NCBI GenBank assembly: GCA_049322915.1
Contig: JBMOPW010000014.1
Span: 64,001 to 128,000 of the forward strand
Length of the DNA: 64,000 bases
Source of the DNA: Candidatus Zhuqueibacterota bacterium
GTDB lineage: Bacteria > Zhuqueibacterota > Zhuqueibacteria > Thermofontimicrobiales > Thermofontimicrobiaceae
Direction of reading: 5' to 3'
A program made the position numbers and the translations under genes. This document shows positions 30,201 to 38,739 of this stretch, piece after piece; positions within the stretch are counted from its first letter, which is position 1; every line of letters starts with the position of its first letter. Under the pieces are notes generated by a model. That model searched no databases. It was given only the letters and a program-made list of their open reading frames with translations, and had not been told where the DNA came from.

Positions 30201-32679
30201 GAGCGGCGATTTTGAAAAAGCGCTGGAATATTTCACCAATGCGCTGACGCTGTATCATCAATTGGACGACAGCCTGAACACTGCCCAATGCCACAAAGAC
30301 CTGGGGCGAATTTATCTGCTCAAGCTGGATAATTATTCGAAAGCCATCGAGCACCAGGAATCCGCGCTGAAAATTCTGCAGCAGATGCATCAGACCGAAG
30401 CGATGATTGAGATTTTACAAAACCTGGGCTTCAGCAACGAGCGTCTGGCAAATTACAAAACCTCGCTCAAATACCAGCAGGACGCATTTGAAATAGCCCG
30501 GCAATTTGGAAATAAAAAATGGATAGCGCTGTCCCAACACTATCTGTCCAATCTCAACTGGAAGATGGGAAATTACCAGCAGGCTATCAACTTCCAGCAG
30601 CAGGCGAATGCTATCTTTCAGGAGTTGAATGACGTCAAACTGCAGGTGGCGAGCCTGTCCACGCAAGGGCTGATTTTGATGAGCCTGGCGCAACTGGATG
30701 AAGCGACCGCGGCTGAACATCAGGCGCTGGAATTGGCCAAGTCCATCAACGACGAGCATGACATTGCCACCATTCATAAGAATCTGGGATTGATTTACCG
30801 CGCCAGGGAGAAGTGGGATCTGGCGCTGCAGGAATTCGAGCGGGCGACACAAATTGATGAAGCTATAAATTTCAAGCGGGGCATGAGCTATGATTACCGC
30901 GATCTGGGGAGCATCTACGCTCAGCAGGGTCGGTTTGATCTGGCTCAGGCCTACTTCAGAAAAGGTCTGGTGTTGAGCAAAGAGATTCTGGATGCCCAAA
31001 ATCAGGTTCAATGTTATTATGAAATTGCGCGAACGCACATGCTCACCGGCCGAATGGAAGCCGCGCTGGATACGCTGAGATTGGCCTCGACACTGGCGGA
31101 ACAATTATTCATTCCGGATGTGCAGTGGCGCGCGCAGCGGCTGCTGGGGCAAATCTACGACAGGCAATCCAATCTGCAGGAGAGCATTTCGGCCTATACA
31201 CGCGCGCTGGAAATTATCGAGGTGATGCGTTCACAAATCAAGGTGGAAGATTTTAAATCAGGATTCATCGATGATAAATTGGTTGTGTATCATGAGTTGA
31301 TCACGCTTTATTTGAAAATTGACCAGCCTGAAAAAGCGCTGGAGATTGTCGAGCGAGCCAAGTCCCGCAATTTTATTGATATGCTGGCCAACAAGGACAT
31401 TCATTTCAGCGGAGCGTTCAATGAGCAGCAATTCGCGCAAGGCAAGGGGCTTGAAGATGAACTGCGACGCGTTCAAAACGAGATTGCCGGGTTGCTGATG
31501 AAGGGCGCGACTGTTACAGACCCGGAAAAGGCGAAATTATCCGACCTGGATCAGCAACAAAATGAACTGAAAAGACAATACGAGGCGTTCATCAGTCAGT
31601 TGAAAACTATAAACCCGGAACTGGCCGGCATGGTGCAGGTGGAGCCGCTCCGTGCCGATTCATTGAAGGCGGCATTGCCGGACAGCGCCATGGTGATCGA
31701 ATATTTTTATACAGAGGACCAGCTCTTCATTTTTGGAATGACGCAACGCCGCGTGGTTGCCCACAGCCGTCCGATTGCGGATAAACAGATCATGGCCATG
31801 GTGAGCGAATTTCGGGACGCCATCAGCAGCCAGCGTTCGGTGAATGCCATTGCCGGCGGATTGTACGACTGGCTCATCCTTCCGTTGGAAGGCGAGCTGA
31901 CGAATATCAATCATATTGTGATTGTTCCTCACGGCGTCCTTCACTATCTCCCCTTCGCGGCGTTGATGGATAAAAACCAGGGCTATTTGATTCACAACTA
32001 CGCGCTTTCGCTGGCGCCCAGTTCCATGGTGCTGCAACTATGCCTGGAGAAGGGCGGGCGTTTTGTGAACGCGGATAACTGGATGCCAAAAATCGCAGCG
32101 TTCGGGAATCCGGATTTGAACAATGCCCAGCTCGACCTGCCCTTTGCGGAGAAAGAAGTTGAGAGCGTGGAATTGTTGTATCCCGATGTGACAGCGTATC
32201 TGCGGGGAAAAGCAACGGAGACGCAATTCATACAATCGAGCCGGCAATCGCAGGTCGTTCTGATGTCCTGCCACGGTGAGTTTGACGCGGCAAATCCCTT
32301 ATTCTCTTCCCTGCTCCTGGCTCCGGACCAGACCAATGATGGACGATTGGAAGCGCATGAAATTTTCGGGCTGGAGATGGATAGCTATCTCATTGCCATG
32401 AGCGCCTGTGAAACAGGGATGGCCTCGATTTCGGTGGGCGATGAAGTGATCGGATTGTCGCGCAGTTTCATTTATGCCGGCGCGTCATCGCTGTTATCCA
32501 GTCTGTGGAAGGTCGATGATCTGGCCACCGCCGTGATGGTGAAGCGCTTTTTCCGCTATTTGAAAGAAGGAAAATCGCGGGCCGAATCCCTGAGGCTGGC
32601 CATGAATTTCGTCAGTTCCACCATCAACGCGCATCCGGCGTACTGGGCGGCGTTTAATTTGACCGGCGATTTCAGATAA
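24205..32679 (+). CDS. Giant lipoprotein: PD40/TolB-like propeller, TPRs, degenerate CHAT, TPRs, intact CHAT protease domain
   Basis: Lipobox VSA-C; SPNG/WSSDG/WSPDG repeats; many TPRs; C-terminal IVPHGVLHYLPF, SCHG, SACETG, SLWKVDD, WAAF. Confidence 0.9.
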   Translation: MWVRRIVLSLVFIVSACSIKAELKQPISTDEKTTAAPSQFFDLSQVYQQVTTHPEMDVFPAISPNGQWLAFASRRSGNMDIWVKSTTGGPAFQISTHRSDDVMPTWSSDGKKLVFVSFREDAAGDLWSVSLREKYRELVAKGSPKKLTTYLGTDVSPNFSPNGKYIAFTSDRGGANNIHVLHLKRKKIFQITRNGAIHPNWSPDGKRIVYVSFSENPERNGQVFFSELNFKSDEPVVVREVAVTTGASNDAFPAWSSDGKSVLVTRYDRDTNHDGAINPDDLPNLWKIIVDQSDGSQASLLNPAEIDTASLPLHDARVFREMQLLPSLHYDYQPVCSHDGKVYYISQRSGNEDIWAVPEDGPIPRQKEGFLQYQFASSYFPLPETDLIFVKNHATETREQLETRLIAFQRLNDFFPEEDIWVGWSLYEIARTYAALEMTTIAGTYLEEIIRQHQDNQELVGHAELKLYELKYKAGSGHLEPQVQALDGIAAKYHNAPAIAAKAEFFKGETYFLAGRESAALQAFKSLVEKYSDQTHFCAQAQILIGDIYAGFGEREEVASAYLHVVQNYPREAHWIDVALDKVLALQRVEDSFSKITGYRAILTQYKPYDRLLARTQLKIGEEFFHQQQFDAAIQELTLVEAQYPQQREEIARASLIIARVYRRMSEELMAISTYKKVIQDFGDVQSGLYVVQAKEELLELYLQSGDRYRMAGDMQAANSRYRGAIQIMPGSLDAHRGLVATMYSLGDIDEAVKNYEKVCLKNPDDETMRYILGLCYSYQATEASDRSGSLDDFKIGLMKKSNEAIEDALSKNYRLIPAYLTLSFNYEAIEKYERYQRMKPSGFFKSMATTTIAPIQSIYRMLTFQKEKTPQRWFEEAIDVLITAISLNDETVHPNLESELALNLASNYYNLQEFGFERAYYYYHVKMQYDASFANQRTEAEIYKRMGHCALVVEDFQKGPVYLKKAIDLYSALGDEQNKLLNIKRLALLYQLAGENKDSDDIAESVEYEKSVDYFKMAAALDEKARRYNMLEVGYRSIAYNYQVLNDEDESVRYAEKALDLIRQGKVTEVKAKPNWIKIGILGVEFPVWNLGQIGTGASTAAEGFTTDEEVALLYSIIGNAHLTKRSIDGALLYMEKKLHIYREREDRLAEAIILNNMGYLNYIDFRYDLAWQHFKKSLLLCNEEKNVPGALANIYNLGRLGVFISNFNALPTQWRQDTLQQDIVLRTSEYQSASLDYLRQGLELIEKEQLGYTQEKMQIYNILGTIHFINNSTAANGFADDEYERIQRQLEQLDGYSVADSCYRIALDLALQENSERFQITVRNNLGNLAFAVGDIDDSIGQFTVARELAIKQNWHSQLWKIDFILGRIFSVHGDASPVSTQHHDASFYFNEAIVSLERDTYQFRAANLSPFYLAQVRQLYEEVVDFEIANGNFISGLRLTEQFHGKQFLDVVSGHKLQLKKERHKIFLGNAKFLVEELASLDQRIKNAAKREEPSRQKLAQWIDTKRRYEQEYQELLKDLKEEDPELEAFIHVEPVTFRQVQECLGPKSLIVDYFMTDSGVHIWLVSADSVNHVRVEISRERLEQSISAFCASLESSVADTVAASEMSRVFIDPVKQRLAPYTNIIVVTDGLIRMIPFSYLINFTGDEASRLKTVSTAPSLANYYFGYGKRKIRGSNLLLVTDQPKAGQDFIGFNAVRLDASTPADDRKGRFVEALQQSDIIFFDAELDGRIVDPLMAQIAPRLPGKPFSFTLKDFYSMDLAASVVAINGHQESGQVSSLILERALMYAGAPSIVQSLWPGSDARFWNHFFEALQDYPPAKALVKAQETLKNEGAPTEVWAGYQVVGFEGMTDDQEQQFARDSFQLTVNDASDDFQKEKWGDAVKKFEQALIMAKKEGNPEAIADLQTIIIQSAARAGNYDKAIQFQLDLIGKAENEGAVQQLIEGYNNLFVFYTNSGNYERAIFFQNKFLELAKAYNQPTEIAGSYYKLGLVHERSGDFEKALEYFTNALTLYHQLDDSLNTAQCHKDLGRIYLLKLDNYSKAIEHQESALKILQQMHQTEAMIEILQNLGFSNERLANYKTSLKYQQDAFEIARQFGNKKWIALSQHYLSNLNWKMGNYQQAINFQQQANAIFQELNDVKLQVASLSTQGLILMSLAQLDEATAAEHQALELAKSINDEHDIATIHKNLGLIYRAREKWDLALQEFERATQIDEAINFKRGMSYDYRDLGSIYAQQGRFDLAQAYFRKGLVLSKEILDAQNQVQCYYEIARTHMLTGRMEAALDTLRLASTLAEQLFIPDVQWRAQRLLGQIYDRQSNLQESISAYTRALEIIEVMRSQIKVEDFKSGFIDDKLVVYHELITLYLKIDQPEKALEIVERAKSRNFIDMLANKDIHFSGAFNEQQFAQGKGLEDELRRVQNEIAGLLMKGATVTDPEKAKLSDLDQQQNELKRQYEAFISQLKTINPELAGMVQVEPLRADSLKAALPDSAMVIEYFYTEDQLFIFGMTQRRVVAHSRPIADKQIMAMVSEFRDAISSQRSVNAIAGGLYDWLILPLEGELTNINHIVIVPHGVLHYLPFAALMDKNQGYLIHNYALSLAPSSMVLQLCLEKGGRFVNADNWMPKIAAFGNPDLNNAQLDLPFAEKEVESVELLYPDVTAYLRGKATETQFIQSSRQSQVVLMSCHGEFDAANPLFSSLLLAPDQTNDGRLEAHEIFGLEMDSYLIAMSACETGMASISVGDEVIGLSRSFIYAGASSLLSSLWKVDDLATAVMVKRFFRYLKEGKSRAESLRLAMNFVSSTINAHPAYWAAFNLTGDFR

Positions 32680-33209
32680 ATCGAAGCTGATTCCATCGGC
32701 TCGGTTTCAGCAACGCCCCGGGGAAGCTATTGTATGGATCCCCGGCAACTTAGCCGTAACTGGTACACGGCATGGTGCTAACCGTAATTACACTTTGAAC
32801 GGAAAGAGTTCATCTTTCTGTTTTTCATTTCTGACCATGTGCTTCGTCACGCGATGTTTTGCTGGTCATTCTTCTTATGAATTCCCGCTACAAATTACTT
32901 CAACTCCCTGCACTCTGGCAACATGAAAAAATCTTCCAAATATAAGATTCTATTGCACTGAAATGGTTAACATTTCGCGGCTGCGTGTCGATACATAGAG
33001 GTGAGGTAAATCCCATTGGGAATCGGCCTCGGCGCTAGGGTGTAATTCCACGAATCGCACTATTAGCCGGAGACGATTTCCTGAAACGAAAATTGCCAAG
33101 CCAGGTCAAGGCCGCTATGCATCAATATTCAAAATCATCTTCTGATGTGAAGTATCATTCAGCGTCAAAGACGATATTTGCCACCGGCGGTATTTGGGAC
33201 GATAGTTTT

Positions 33210-34591
33210 GTGAACGACCGCAACGCCTGCGTCGGCATTGAACTGGGCGCCACCGGGATCAAGCTCGCTGCCTTGTGGAAATTGAATACGTGCATAGAAC
33301 TGGTGAATTGGGGAATTTATGAGTTGCCGGATAATACCTACTCCTCAAACATCCAGAGCAATATGGCGGCCCTGGAGACGCTTCTTGATAAGCTGAAAGT
33401 CAAGCGACTCAGGGCGGCCCTCGCATTGAATAATGGCGTGTTTCTCCAGTATGTTGCCATGCCGGTTCTTTCGGATGCCAAATTTATTTCCCGCGTTCCG
33501 GTGTATGTTAGTCCCGGTTACCTCGGCAATGGCGAAAAAGACATCTATTACGCAAAGCCATATAGCATCACGCGGGACAGCGCCGGCACTGTGTTGAAAG
33601 AAGGCCTGGCGATCATCGTCGATGAGAGATATTTCGCGCACACAGTTGAGTCCGCAAAAAAGCATGCGATCAATGTCATTCGGGTGGAGCCATCGTGCCT
33701 GGCGTTCGTGGATCTCTTTGCCGTTCCGCTGAACTATCTGGAGCCGTTTTGTGTGATCGATTTAGGCGCTTCGTCAGTTCGGATCACCATCGTTCAGAAC
33801 AAGAAAATTATCTTTCACAGAACAGCGTATTCGATTGATCGGGCCTCGATAAATTCATTCATCAAAGCATTGGGGCCGATGTTGAAACAGGAAATGTACT
33901 TACGAAAATCAAGCTACATGAATCGGTGGATCAGGCGCAGTTTGTCATGCAGGCAAATCGGCTGGCTTCGGCCATCGGGGCTGCCAGAAATGAATTGCTG
34001 AACGAAGGGAAATGCAACATCAACTTAATTGGTGGAAACATGTCAAAAGAAAAACAGGAGCAAAAAACGTGGAAGGCAGCGGCGATTTTATTGATCATTC
34101 TGCTGACAGGCTTCTTCATCGGACAAAACCTGCGGGCGCGGAATAAGGTGTATAGTGAGAACATCATTGCCGGCAGTCGCATTTTGAACGAATTGCAGAA
34201 TAAAATAGATACCCGATTGGACGCAAAGGCACAAGTCGCTGCGGATGTCCCGGGGGTCAATCGGCCGCAGGCGCTGCGCATGAGTCAAATTCTTCAGCAG
34301 GTCGGCAAGGAAGCCCCCTCATCCCTGTGGTTGGAGAGCATTCAACTGGAAACGGAGAAAGTTGGATCCAGAAGCAATCTGGTTAAAATTTCGACATCGC
34401 CGGACAGGCAGAAGTCCGAGAAAGAAATACTTTATTTCGACGGCCGCGCTGTGGATCGGGAAGCGATCAAAAATTTTCTGCATCAGGTTGAAGGAACCAA
34501 CCAATGGGAGAAAGTGACGCTCTCCCATATTGAGTGGATTGGGTCGAATCAAAATGGAATTTGGGAATTCACTATTCAGCTCATCCGTTGA
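33210..34591 (+). pseudogene. PilM-PilN-like fusion broken by an internal deletion/frameshift near 33835 (ORF track 33093-34001 and 33926-34591)
   Basis: First frame: VGIELGATGIKLA...VIDLGASSVRITI..FHR. Second frame from 33842: GLDKFIHQSIGADVETGNV...RLASAIGAA (PilM-like end), NINLI, TM, PSSLWLESI (PilN-like). The PilN part could restart at ATG 34040. Confidence 0.65.
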
Positions 34592-34652
34592 AATGACTGA
34601 GTGTTCCATAGTCACGGGGAGTTACATTCTGCTCGGAAAAAGGAAAAATGTG

Positions 34653-35153
34653 ATGAGAAAAAAAGTAATACGTTTGAGTGTGTCAATCGTGGGGATTATA
34701 GCTTTCATTGCATGGAGCATAATACCGCAGGCAATAACATTGAGACAACAGAAACAGGAAGTCCTACAATTAGAAGAACAGATAACGGACAAATTTCAGG
34801 AGCTTAAAGCATTGGAACAGGTAAGAATGAAGGTCAATAAAACTGCTGATCTCAAAAGGACGTCACAGGATGACATCGCATCTCTGGAAAAAATATTGAC
34901 AACAAAAGAAAATTTTCCGGATATCAAATTTGAATCGGTTCAAATTTTTGAACCAGGCAATGGCAACAATGTGGTGACTAAAAAATACCCCATTAAGATG
35001 AAGATGAAAGCGCAGTTCAGTAAAATAGGGGAATACCTGGTTTACCTGGAAAGTTCTTTTTCAGCCATACAAATTGACAAGCTGGATGTTTTCCCGGTGG
35101 TCGAGGATAAAAATCTGATTTGCGCGAATTTATCGGGTTGGGTAAGTTTTTAA
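34653..35153 (+). CDS. PilO/GspM-like inner-membrane protein
   Basis: TM, coiled coil, KYPIKMKMKAQFSKIGEYLVYLE..IQIDKLDV; follows the PilN-like region. Confidence 0.75.
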   Translation: MRKKVIRLSVSIVGIIAFIAWSIIPQAITLRQQKQEVLQLEEQITDKFQELKALEQVRMKVNKTADLKRTSQDDIASLEKILTTKENFPDIKFESVQIFEPGNGNNVVTKKYPIKMKMKAQFSKIGEYLVYLESSFSAIQIDKLDVFPVVEDKNLICANLSGWVSF

Positions 35154-35191
35154 CGCACGTGATAAAAACGATGGTATTTTAAAGGTGCTCC

Positions 35192-35680
35192 ATGAAAGGT
35201 AATGCAGGAAAATTAGTTGAATTCATATTGCGGCCAGCCCTGTGTCAGGGCTGGCTGATGATTTTCAGCGTTATGATGCTTATTACGCAAAGTGCGGCGC
35301 AGGATGCAGGGAAAGACAGTGCAGCCACGGCCCCACTCAGCGTGGCTGAGAATGACTCGGATATTGTGCTGTCTGATTTGGAATTTCATGTGCAGGAAAT
35401 CCTGTCGGAGGAGTGCTGGGGACGAAATCCGTTTTTGCCCTATGCCAATCTGCAGGCCGCGCATGTTAGCCGGCTGAATCCTGTCCAGGCCGGAGTGAAT
35501 GATAAGGTGTTCGTGCTGGAAAAAATCCATTGGAATCGAGGCGGACGATCGGCGATTATCAACCATAAAAAATTGGCGACGGGCGATGCGCTCAATGACT
35601 ACACGGTGGTTTACATTGGCGAGGCGGTTGTCATTCTCCAATTGAAAGATGATTATGTTGTGCTTTCGTTGAATGAATAG
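35192..35680 (+). CDS. PilP/GspB/MshK-like periplasmic protein
   Basis: WGRNPF, L..I.W....SAIIN..L..GD....YTV..I...VIL pattern; follows the PilO-like gene. Confidence 0.55.
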   Translation: MKGNAGKLVEFILRPALCQGWLMIFSVMMLITQSAAQDAGKDSAATAPLSVAENDSDIVLSDLEFHVQEILSEECWGRNPFLPYANLQAAHVSRLNPVQAGVNDKVFVLEKIHWNRGGRSAIINHKKLATGDALNDYTVVYIGEAVVILQLKDDYVVLSLNE

Positions 35681-35699
35681 AAAGTGAACGGAAGAACCA

Positions 35700-36782
35700 A
35701 TGGCATCTCAGCATGATAGCGATAAAAGCGCTTCCAGTAAGAAATTCGACTATTTCGAAAAGTTCGAAGACCTCTGCCGGATCTATGAAGTCGGCTGCAA
35801 TTTAATCGACAAAGTGAACGACCAGCAGGGACTGATGGACGCCATACTGGACGAGTACATACACCGATTGAATGAAATTCCCGGGCAGGACATCAATCAG
35901 ATCAACAAGGAAAACAGCGATTCCGAAATGAGAAGCAAGCTGAAATCGCTTGTCATGTTTGCAACTCAGGCAGTAGCGCTCAGGGAAAAGGCCATTCTCT
36001 ACAAAGAGCTCGAATTGAAAAATGATCAATTGATTCGGACGAATCAGCAATTATTGGAGAAAAATGAACAGCTCATTTTGTTGAACGAACACTATCTGAA
36101 TATGCTGTCCTTTGTATCGCATGAGTTGAGAAGTCCGTTGATTTCGGTGCTGGGTTACACGGAATTATTGAATGACAACTTGCTGGGTGAGATAAATAAA
36201 GATCAGAATGATGCGCTACAGGTTATCCGGCGGATTGTCAAAAACCTGCTGAACATGATAAAAAATTATCTTGACCTGTCCAAGATGGAGGTCGGCAAGG
36301 TCAGGCTGCACCGGGAACGATGCAATCTGACGAGCAGTATTATTGAACCTGTTCTTGTGGAGATGAAAGAACAGTTCTCGCAGAAAGAGATGACAATCAT
36401 CTGCGCCTCGGCACAGGCAAAGACCAGCTATCCGATTACCGTGGACCGCGAGATGATGAAAGCAGTCTTCACCAATGTGTTCAGCAATGCGATCAAATAT
36501 GGCACGCGCGGAAGTGAAATTTCATACTCCATCAACGGCGATGATGAATATCATACAATCGAAGTTTTCAATCATGGCCCGGGCGTGTCTCACGACAAGC
36601 TGGATAAACTGTTCGAAAAATTTTCCCGATTCAGCGAATCGTTCGATGCGGAGTCCGGAAGAGGCGCCGGATTGGGCCTGTTTATTTCGAAGACCATTGT
36701 TGAGATGCACCACGGCGAAGTGCACGCTGATTCCAGAAAGGGCGAATGGTTCAAGATTATCATCCAATTGCCAAAGTATTGA
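35700..36782 (+). CDS. Cytoplasmic sensor histidine kinase
   Basis: SHELRSPL H-box, NVFSNAIKY, GAGLGL; no TM. Confidence 0.93.
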   Translation: MASQHDSDKSASSKKFDYFEKFEDLCRIYEVGCNLIDKVNDQQGLMDAILDEYIHRLNEIPGQDINQINKENSDSEMRSKLKSLVMFATQAVALREKAILYKELELKNDQLIRTNQQLLEKNEQLILLNEHYLNMLSFVSHELRSPLISVLGYTELLNDNLLGEINKDQNDALQVIRRIVKNLLNMIKNYLDLSKMEVGKVRLHRERCNLTSSIIEPVLVEMKEQFSQKEMTIICASAQAKTSYPITVDREMMKAVFTNVFSNAIKYGTRGSEISYSINGDDEYHTIEVFNHGPGVSHDKLDKLFEKFSRFSESFDAESGRGAGLGLFISKTIVEMHHGEVHADSRKGEWFKIIIQLPKY

Positions 36783-36874
36783 AATGAAGCTTGTTTTGGG
36801 GACTGCGCCACGGAATTCGCCAATGGTTCCTGGCGGAAAAGCGTGAGACAAGGCCAGGGCTGCAACGACGGGAA

Positions 36875-38383
36875 ATGATGACTCATAAGAGGAACTTTAC
36901 GGTGAAACAGCGACGAGTATTTATCATAGATGATGATACGGCGACATTGGAATTGTTGAAAAATGTATTCGAGGGAGAGAATTATTTTGTCGTCATCGAC
37001 GAGGGCAAAAAAGACGTCTGTGGGCGAATTAAAAAATGCGAGCCGGATATTATTTTGCTCGATCTGCTCATGCCTGAAAATAATGGACTGGAAATTTACA
37101 AGGAATTGCGCCAGGATCCTGCGTGTGTCTCGATTCCAGTCGTGGTACTCACATCGCATCAAAATTTCAATAGCAAAATTGAACTGTTGAGAGAAGGCGT
37201 GCTGGATTATATTTACAAGCCATTTCGAAAACAGGAGTTATTGTATCGCGTCAAAAATTATATTGCCTATTGTTCTCCTGGACAGAAGACGATCACGGAC
37301 GACGAACTCTTATTTAATCAATTGAAGGAAATTCTGTCGCATCGGAACGTGGTGTGGATCGAGCCCAACGTCGACAAGACGAGTCTGAACGGCTATGTTT
37401 ATCCCGACGTTCAGATTGTCATGAACCATTCGGCGCCGAGCAGGGAACGCGAGCTACTGGAAAAGTGGGTGAGTGACGGTAAAATGCAAAAACATCTCGT
37501 TGATGTAATTGAACTGTGTCCTGTATGCTCGCATTATACGGTATCCTTACGCAACGTGTGTCCGCAATGCCATTCCGTGAATTTCAGCCGGAATAATGTT
37601 GGAAAAATGCAACCGGAGCAATCGGACAGGACGCTGAGGGAAGCGCCCTCCTTTGAATGTAATGAATGCAGGACGGCATTTGAGTCCCCTTCAATAGGGT
37701 GTCATTGCCTGAATTGCAATGAAAAATTTGGCCATGAAAAGATCATCGCGCAGAGAATTTACAAATACAAAATAGTCGATAATGCGGCAGATGCTGTTGC
37801 TGAACCTGAGAAAGCGCAGGACGAACAGGTTCTGGCGCAGGGGCTATCTCGCCCCAAACGTGTCGATCAACTGCCGGAGTCCATTGGACTGCAACCTGAA
37901 TGTCTGATTGTGGATTGCATTCCAAAGGCCTTTGCACAGGCTCAGGTCGATTACATCGGGTATCCTCAGTTGAAAGAACATCTATCGAAGCTGATCAAAA
38001 ATGCAGCGCCGGATGGTACGAATATCACAGTTATGTCGTTGGGAATAGAGAAGCTGGAAAGTTATTATCGCCGATACAATGCGGAGATTATGGTGCGGCT
38101 CTTCAAAAATATCATTGCTGTGATTCGCAGCCATGTCCGGAATTTTGATGTTCTGAGTTACAGCGCCGACCAAAAACACATCTTGCTCTTGCTGCCGAAT
38201 ACGCATCTCACACTGGCCAAAATTATAGCAGATAGAATTCAGAGCCGGCTGAGCAGAATTCAATCTACATTTCAACTGGAGATACAGCTTGCCAGCTATC
38301 CTCAGGATGGCCGCAACGCGGACGAAATTCTCACAATGATGGAGATGGGAATTGAAAAAATCAACTCTGATGTCATTGTCTGA
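36875..38383 (+). CDS. Response regulator: REC, Zn-ribbon (TackOD1-like), degenerate GGDEF-like domain
   Basis: IIDDD, PDIILLDLLMP, KPF; CPVC, CPQC, CNEC, CLNC; C-terminal LLLLPNT..ASYPQDG without a GGDEF signature. Start uncertain (36791-36902). Confidence 0.8.
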   Translation: MMTHKRNFTVKQRRVFIIDDDTATLELLKNVFEGENYFVVIDEGKKDVCGRIKKCEPDIILLDLLMPENNGLEIYKELRQDPACVSIPVVVLTSHQNFNSKIELLREGVLDYIYKPFRKQELLYRVKNYIAYCSPGQKTITDDELLFNQLKEILSHRNVVWIEPNVDKTSLNGYVYPDVQIVMNHSAPSRERELLEKWVSDGKMQKHLVDVIELCPVCSHYTVSLRNVCPQCHSVNFSRNNVGKMQPEQSDRTLREAPSFECNECRTAFESPSIGCHCLNCNEKFGHEKIIAQRIYKYKIVDNAADAVAEPEKAQDEQVLAQGLSRPKRVDQLPESIGLQPECLIVDCIPKAFAQAQVDYIGYPQLKEHLSKLIKNAAPDGTNITVMSLGIEKLESYYRRYNAEIMVRLFKNIIAVIRSHVRNFDVLSYSADQKHILLLLPNTHLTLAKIIADRIQSRLSRIQSTFQLEIQLASYPQDGRNADEILTMMEMGIEKINSDVIV

Positions 38384-38739
38384 TCACCTTTCCGGGCCGA
38401 CTCGATGCGCTCCGAGTTGCGTGCACCATTGCGCCGATCAACTGGAGTCGAAAATCCATCCACGCGGTTAACCTGGTCTCACCTCAGTGGAGATTTTTTC
38501 TTTGCACCGGCCAATTCATAAAATCACTGCCAGGTACAAAACCGGCACTTGTTTTCTTATTGAGCTACAGTTAAACCCGCCGTTCACTTCTACGTGTTCA
38601 ATGCCTGCCAGGCTGCAAATATGAACTACTTTTTACTTTGAATTCAACAATAATTTTTGTACATTGTTTCGCCGTTGCCTTGAATGGGATGGTAGCTGTC
38701 AATGCGTGGCAGGATGCTAATATTTTTCAGCGACGATCG

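Noticed and set aside
38395..38510. Hairpins after the response regulator
   Set aside because: Imperfect; at most a weak terminator.
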